Shown in pieces: positions 6,460 through 10,819 of a DNA stretch of 10,819 nt. Every line of letters begins with the position of its first letter. Within the stretch, counting starts at the first letter, position 1. The notes beneath the pieces are model-generated. The model was not told the DNA's origin. It ran no database searches and saw only the letters and a program-made list of their open reading frames with translations. The position numbers and the translations under genes are program-made. This DNA is from Candidatus Heimdallarchaeota archaeon (GTDB lineage Archaea; Asgardarchaeota; Heimdallarchaeia; Hodarchaeales; Hodarchaeaceae). The stretch spans positions 1 to 10,819 of the forward strand of contig DXJL01000106.1 of NCBI GenBank assembly GCA_019057635.1, read 5' to 3'.

Positions 6460-9093
6460 TTAGTCTAGCTGTGCAATGACGCAGAGATATTTATGTGAAT
6501 TATACAATGATATCGATACGACTAATTCGGCACTTCCTGATGAAATAATAAATTTAGGTCCTTTCAAAGGATTGGTAGCTTTTGTAATTGTTTTGAAACC
6601 AGCCTTGGACAATAAATTTAAGCTTTTAACTAGTTCTGGTTCAGAATAAACACTTGTATTAGGTGTATTGTCTTTTAGTTTAATATTTGACTCAAAGATG
6701 ATATCTCGGATTAATATATCCTCTTTGAGCTGATCTGGTAAACTGCTCTCATGGATTTCTGCTACTATTTGTGTTACCCATTCAGAAGTTGTATCGTCCG
6801 CTTGGCTAGAAAGAGATTCAGTGGGGAGTTCATCTTCCTGGAGGGATTGTAAGCTCGATTTTTTGTATTCAGTAACAATTGCACTTTCATCAGATACATC
6901 GTTGGCATCAAAATTAGGTAATCTTCGGTTTGGATCTAGTGGAACTAATAAATCCCCTCTGAATAGGTTTAGAAGATTTTTAAAAATTTCTATGTACTTG
7001 AATTTAGAACTCAAAAGGCCGTGATTTACTATTTCTTTTAAAAATAATCCTTCTGAACTTGCTAATTTATTGCTCTGTTCCTGAATAACTTGGACAAGCT
7101 GGTTGTCAGTCATTCCATTTTCTCTAGCTGTCTTAAGCTTGAGTGGGCCTAATATTGATAAACCTAGAAATTGATCTAAATCATCAATGACTGCTTCAAA
7201 TGGATCAAGTTCTCCCAAAAAGTCCGTGAGGAGCTTATGAAATTTTTTTTCAAATGAATATACAAATTCTCGACCTCGTTTTCTCAAACGTTTACCGAAT
7301 TTTGGAGGACGTTCTAATATTAAAGAGGTTACAGAGTAGTTTCCTTCAATAGTTATTATTTTAAAAGTCCGATCACCGATTTCCTCGGAAAAATCCCTAA
7401 TTATAGTGCGATCTTTAATTTCTTCGTCCTTCAATTCTGTAAAAAGACTTGAAATTGCGGTTAAAAATCCAGAAACTAATTGTGGATCAACTTTCAGCAT
7501 TGAAGTACCAAATTTATATAAACAAAGACCTGTGAGCTTGTGTGTAATCATTATATGCTCACAATAAAGAAGATTTACTAAATCCTTGTAATCTATTGGT
7601 TTCATGGTGATTTGTGATAGAGCTAAATCTAATTCAAAGCTATCCTCATCTTTTGGGGGATCCTGTTTTGATAATTGCCTCTCCCCAATAGGATGAGAAG
7701 AATCGAATCGGGGTATTGAATCAGGCATGGAATCCTCTTGAGGATCAACATGTTTGGTTAACCGTGCCCGAATTTGAATTTTAATAGGACTTGAGATGCC
7801 ATCTTGAAGGCCCACTATAAGAGCTTCTCCCTTTGTGAGATGAGGGAGAACTGAGACAGTATCTGTATTTATACCTTCCATTAAACGTATTTTTGTAATA
7901 TCCTTCTCAGATTTAATCCGAAGAGCCACTAAGGTATTCATATTCGCAATTATATTATCTGGCAAATCTCCTGGTCTTTGAGAAATTAATATTTCGTATA
8001 TTCCAAATTTCCTACCCTCACGTGCTATTCTAGCAAGTATGTCACTTTTTTGGGCAAATCTATGTGCTTCTTCTATAATAATAAGAATCTCTTGTTCTTT
8101 TGGTATCTTTCCATGAACCTTCATCATAAAAATTTGCGTAAGCAGCTCGTTTACTAGCATATTACGTTTTTTTTCATCAGTATATTGATCTAATCGAATG
8201 ATTGACACTTGATTTGACTGTACGAGAGAGGATACACCTAAATCCTTCGTATACACAGATTGTTTTTGAAGAATGTTAATTTTCGAAATTAAATTCTCAC
8301 GAGTTCCTGTATGGATATCTGCATCTTTAACTTTTCTTAAAATGTCCTCGAGTTTCTCAGGTTCTTGTATCAGATTTGTGAGAACATTTTCTTGAGCTGA
8401 TGATATTTCCAATAGTCTTCTTATCTTTGGTAGATCAAAATGAGTACCTAATCCAATCGAATCTTTATCAAAGACCATTAATTTTTCAGTGAAACCTTGT
8501 GGGGTATATCCTGCTCGATCGAGGTTTTTTATTTCTTTTCCTGTATTTTCTAATCCTAACCCCCAATACTCATTATGAACATCAAACAGTAGGACTGAGG
8601 CGTTATTGAATTTCAGAAGAATTTCTTCTAATAACACCCCAATGCTGTATGACTTACCAGCTCCAGTACTGGCTACACAGAGAACATGTCGTTCTAAAAA
8701 TTGGGGTGATATTAAGAATGGATCAGTTGTAGAGGGAGAAGTAATAATATCGCCTAAATATATACCATCTTCTCCATCATAGGAAATAATCCTTGAAACC
8801 AATCCTTTAGGAGGAATAGATATCTCAGAATCCATTGAAACAGGAATTCGACATGTAGATAAGCGAAATTCATCCATTTCAAACTCCCCAAGAATAATTG
8901 CAATCCCTTTCATCTCATTCGCTTTTTCTTGAGATAATCTACTAACTTGTGCTAATAAATGTTTATTAGTTGATCTATTTTTATCAAAAAGGATGATATA
9001 ATCTCGCTCATGAATTTTATTCTTGGTAACATCTGAAATAAAAGTGATTTGTGAAGTAGTGGTTTTTAAAATCTTCATTGGTAAATCAACCAA
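6460..9093 (-). CDS. HerA/DUF87-family P-loop ATPase fused to longin domain, winged-helix-like segment and additional C-terminal domain (877 aa from TTG 9093; 872 aa if ATG 9078)
   Basis: HAS-barrel-like N-terminus; RHVLCVASTGAGKSY Walker A (8650-8673); LLFDVHNEY; LIIIEEAHRF Walker B (8062-8085); IAREGRKFG arginine-finger motif; ISQRPGDL; GEALIVG. Longin pattern at aa ~511-643 (7165-7563): HIMITHKLTGLCLY...DPQLVSGFLTAISSLFTE...FVYSFEKKF...FLGELDPF. Confidence 0.9.
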   Translation of the reverse strand: MVDLPMKILKTTTSQITFISDVTKNKIHERDYIILFDKNRSTNKHLLAQVSRLSQEKANEMKGIAIILGEFEMDEFRLSTCRIPVSMDSEISIPPKGLVSRIISYDGEDGIYLGDIITSPSTTDPFLISPQFLERHVLCVASTGAGKSYSIGVLLEEILLKFNNASVLLFDVHNEYWGLGLENTGKEIKNLDRAGYTPQGFTEKLMVFDKDSIGLGTHFDLPKIRRLLEISSAQENVLTNLIQEPEKLEDILRKVKDADIHTGTRENLISKINILQKQSVYTKDLGVSSLVQSNQVSIIRLDQYTDEKKRNMLVNELLTQIFMMKVHGKIPKEQEILIIIEEAHRFAQKSDILARIAREGRKFGIYEILISQRPGDLPDNIIANMNTLVALRIKSEKDITKIRLMEGINTDTVSVLPHLTKGEALIVGLQDGISSPIKIQIRARLTKHVDPQEDSMPDSIPRFDSSHPIGERQLSKQDPPKDEDSFELDLALSQITMKPIDYKDLVNLLYCEHIMITHKLTGLCLYKFGTSMLKVDPQLVSGFLTAISSLFTELKDEEIKDRTIIRDFSEEIGDRTFKIITIEGNYSVTSLILERPPKFGKRLRKRGREFVYSFEKKFHKLLTDFLGELDPFEAVIDDLDQFLGLSILGPLKLKTARENGMTDNQLVQVIQEQSNKLASSEGLFLKEIVNHGLLSSKFKYIEIFKNLLNLFRGDLLVPLDPNRRLPNFDANDVSDESAIVTEYKKSSLQSLQEDELPTESLSSQADDTTSEWVTQIVAEIHESSLPDQLKEDILIRDIIFESNIKLKDNTPNTSVYSEPELVKSLNLLSKAGFKTITKATNPLKGPKFIISSGSAELVVSISLYNSHKYLCVIAQLD

Positions 9094-9105
9094 CTTTTTT
9101 TCCTA

Positions 9106-9120
9106 ATTATAATTTTTCGG
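9106..9120 (-). promoter_or_regulatory. Putative BRE + TATA promoter of the HerA-longin gene
   Basis: Minus strand reads CCGAAAA-ATTATAAT; the spacing places the transcription start near 9083-9085. Confidence 0.5.
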
Positions 9121-9493
9121 GAGGAAATAATTAGTTTTTTTCTCTTACTTTGAGTTATGGGCATTCTTACAGAGGGCAATTATTCTACTGGGTACTTCAT
9201 TTATTAGAGTTAAGATTGCGATCAATTTAGTAAGATATTTCTGTTTCTGTAAGGCATTGAACTGTTTTTAGAATTCGTTTGATTGAGTTCTTATAATGTC
9301 TTCACTATTTTACCAAGTAAAATGAAATGGGTCTGTATTTCACTTCATAACCATTTGAATTCAAAGTGGATTATCAAATCTAGTCATAGAATTAACATCA
9401 ACTTAGTGATGCAAATCTTAATTAATTGATAATTCTCAAAAATCTCCGTTGCTATATTAATAGAAAATCAAAGAAAAAGTATTTTTGTAATCA

Positions 9494-9508
9494 CGAAAGA
9501 TTAATAAT
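9494..9508 (+). promoter_or_regulatory. Putative BRE + TATA promoter of trxB
   Basis: CGAAAG followed by ATTAATAAT; SD-like GGAGTG at 9556-9561 lies 9 nt before the GTG start. Confidence 0.45.
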
Positions 9509-9570
9509 AATTCATTTATCCATATAATATAATGTCAATTATCTGTTACTAAATTGGAGTGTAGCAAAGA

Positions 9571-10524
9571 GTGGGCACAGATTCTTCGAAATATGATATG
9601 ATAATCGTTGGTGCAGGGCCTGCAGGTATGGCCACAGCAATTTATGCTTCGAGAATGGGCTGGAACACGATTGTATTAGATAAGGGAGCAGTTGGTGGAT
9701 TAGCGGCAACTACGCCTATTATTGAGAATTATCCTGGTTTTAGCGAAATTTCGGGTATGGAATTTGCAGAGAGGCTTAGAAAACAGGCTGAAAAATTCGG
9801 TGCTGTTATAAAAGAACTAATTGAGGTTACTGATATTACTGTGGGAGAATCTAAAGTCGAAGTTCATACTCCTTCAGAAAAATATACTGCAAAGGTTATT
9901 GTTCTAGCTACTGGTACTGCTCACCGTCATCTTGGTGTTCCCGGGGAAGAAGAATTAGAGGGAAAAGGAGTTTCTTATTGTGCAACATGTGATGGTCCCT
10001 TATATGGATCGAGAAAAGTGATAGTTGTCGGCGGGGGTAATTCTGCGGTCACAGAAGCCCTTTATCTTGACAAAGTTGTTCGAGAAGTTTCGCTAATTCA
10101 TCGTCGGGATCAATTACGAGCAGAGGAATCCCTCCAGAAGCAAATATTAGAAAATTCTAACGTAAAAATGATCTGGGATTCAGTAGTAATAGAAATTAGT
10201 GGGGATGAGATGGCAGGAGTAAAGAAAGTTACAATAAAGAATGTGAAAACTGGGGAAGAGCAACAATTACGAATCAAAGCTGTATTTGTAGCTATTGGAA
10301 TTTTACCAAATAATGAGTTAGCAAAAAAGATCGGAGTAAAATTAACCGTTGATGGATTAATAGAGGTGGATTCGAACCAACGTACAAATATTCCACGAGT
10401 TTACGCTTGTGGTGATATTACTCCAGGCCAGGGGCAGATTTCGGTGGCGGTTGGAGAAGGAACCACTGCAGCTATCTCCGCATTCCTAGATATGCGTGGT
10501 GGAGACTGGTACGGGAACGAATAA
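9571..10524 (+). CDS. trxB: Thioredoxin-disulfide reductase (low molecular weight, NADPH-type), 317 aa
   Basis: GAGPAG FAD-binding motif, IENYPGF, GVSYCATCDG redox CxxC (9979-9990), GGGNSA nucleotide-binding motif, HRRD 2'-phosphate motif, TNIPRVYACGD, AVGEG. Confidence 0.96.
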   Translation: MGTDSSKYDMIIVGAGPAGMATAIYASRMGWNTIVLDKGAVGGLAATTPIIENYPGFSEISGMEFAERLRKQAEKFGAVIKELIEVTDITVGESKVEVHTPSEKYTAKVIVLATGTAHRHLGVPGEEELEGKGVSYCATCDGPLYGSRKVIVVGGGNSAVTEALYLDKVVREVSLIHRRDQLRAEESLQKQILENSNVKMIWDSVVIEISGDEMAGVKKVTIKNVKTGEEQQLRIKAVFVAIGILPNNELAKKIGVKLTVDGLIEVDSNQRTNIPRVYACGDITPGQGQISVAVGEGTTAAISAFLDMRGGDWYGNE

Positions 10525-10542
10525 TCAAAATAGACGCGATGA

Positions 10543-10819
10543 TTGTTGCCGTCTGAACTAAATAAAACATCAATAGGATTGCATAAATTTTCCCATCATT
10601 TTTCGGCTTCTCACTTATTGTTGACCGAGGATTTTACCGAAGGATTACATGGTCATAATTATTATGTTGAAATAGAACTAATTGGGAATGTAAATGATGA
10701 TGGGATGGTATTTAATTTTCTTTCATTAGATGAATCTCTTAGTAATATTATTTCTACATGGGATCATTATACACTACTTCCTAGCATGAATAAAGACCTT
10801 AAAATTAAAGAAAACGGAA
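10543..10819 (+). CDS. 6-pyruvoyl-tetrahydropterin synthase/QueD family protein, PTPS-III type motif, 3'-truncated by window end
   Basis: Not in the ORF track. My translation: (M)LPSELNKTSIGLHKFSHHFSASHLLLTEDFTEGLHGHNYYVEIELIGNVNDDGMVFNFLSLDESLSNIISTWDHYTLLPSMNKDLKIKENG. FSASH, LHGHNY, GMVxxF and WDHxxL are family motifs. Start is TTG at 10543 or 10546 (in-frame TGA at 10540-10542). Confidence 0.9.
   Translation, partial: MLPSELNKTSIGLHKFSHHFSASHLLLTEDFTEGLHGHNYYVEIELIGNVNDDGMVFNFLSLDESLSNIISTWDHYTLLPSMNKDLKIKENG

Noticed and set aside
6821-7024. 67-aa plus-strand ORF
   Set aside because: Antisense inside the ATPase gene; no motif or expression signals.
6460-9093. Interpretation as a canonical herA-nurA repair operon or a Sir2-HerA/DUF4297-HerA defence system
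   Set aside because: No nuclease, Mre11/Rad50 or Sir2 partner is adjacent and the context is not a defence island.
9145-9430. Short open frames in the divergent intergenic region (minus 9145-9267; plus ATG 9322, 35 aa)
   Set aside because: No recognisable homology, no convincing start or SD signals; cannot be supported as genes or pseudogene.
10543-10819. Assigning the symbol queD
   Set aside because: The catalytic Cys motif of QueD is absent; the motif is ExxHGH.
1-10819. CRISPR arrays, tRNA/rRNA genes, cobalamin riboswitch, transposases or integrases
   Set aside because: No regularly spaced repeats, no GC-rich structured RNA-like segment in the intergenic regions and no mobile-element motifs were visible.

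Overview
AT-rich archaeal chromosomal window, very probably from an Asgard archaeon (two proteins carry Asgard-type longin domains, there is a PGF-CTERM surface protein, and BRE/TATA promoters and oligo-T terminators are visible). Gene order: PGF-CTERM cell-surface protein (+), cobalamin-binding radical SAM enzyme (+), polytopic membrane protein with cytoplasmic coiled coil, HTH-like segment and C-terminal longin domain (+), convergent HerA/DUF87-family ATPase fused to a longin domain, a winged-helix-like segment and an extra C-terminal domain (-), divergent thioredoxin reductase (+), and a truncated PTPS/QueD-family gene missed by the ORF track that carries the PTPS-III (ExxHGH) motif. The most interesting item is the adjacent pair of longin-tagged proteins (membrane protein plus ring ATPase), which could form an undescribed longin-coupled membrane ATPase/translocase module. 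No rRNA, tRNA, CRISPR array or mobile element was seen. All domain calls are by eye from motifs; no searches were run.
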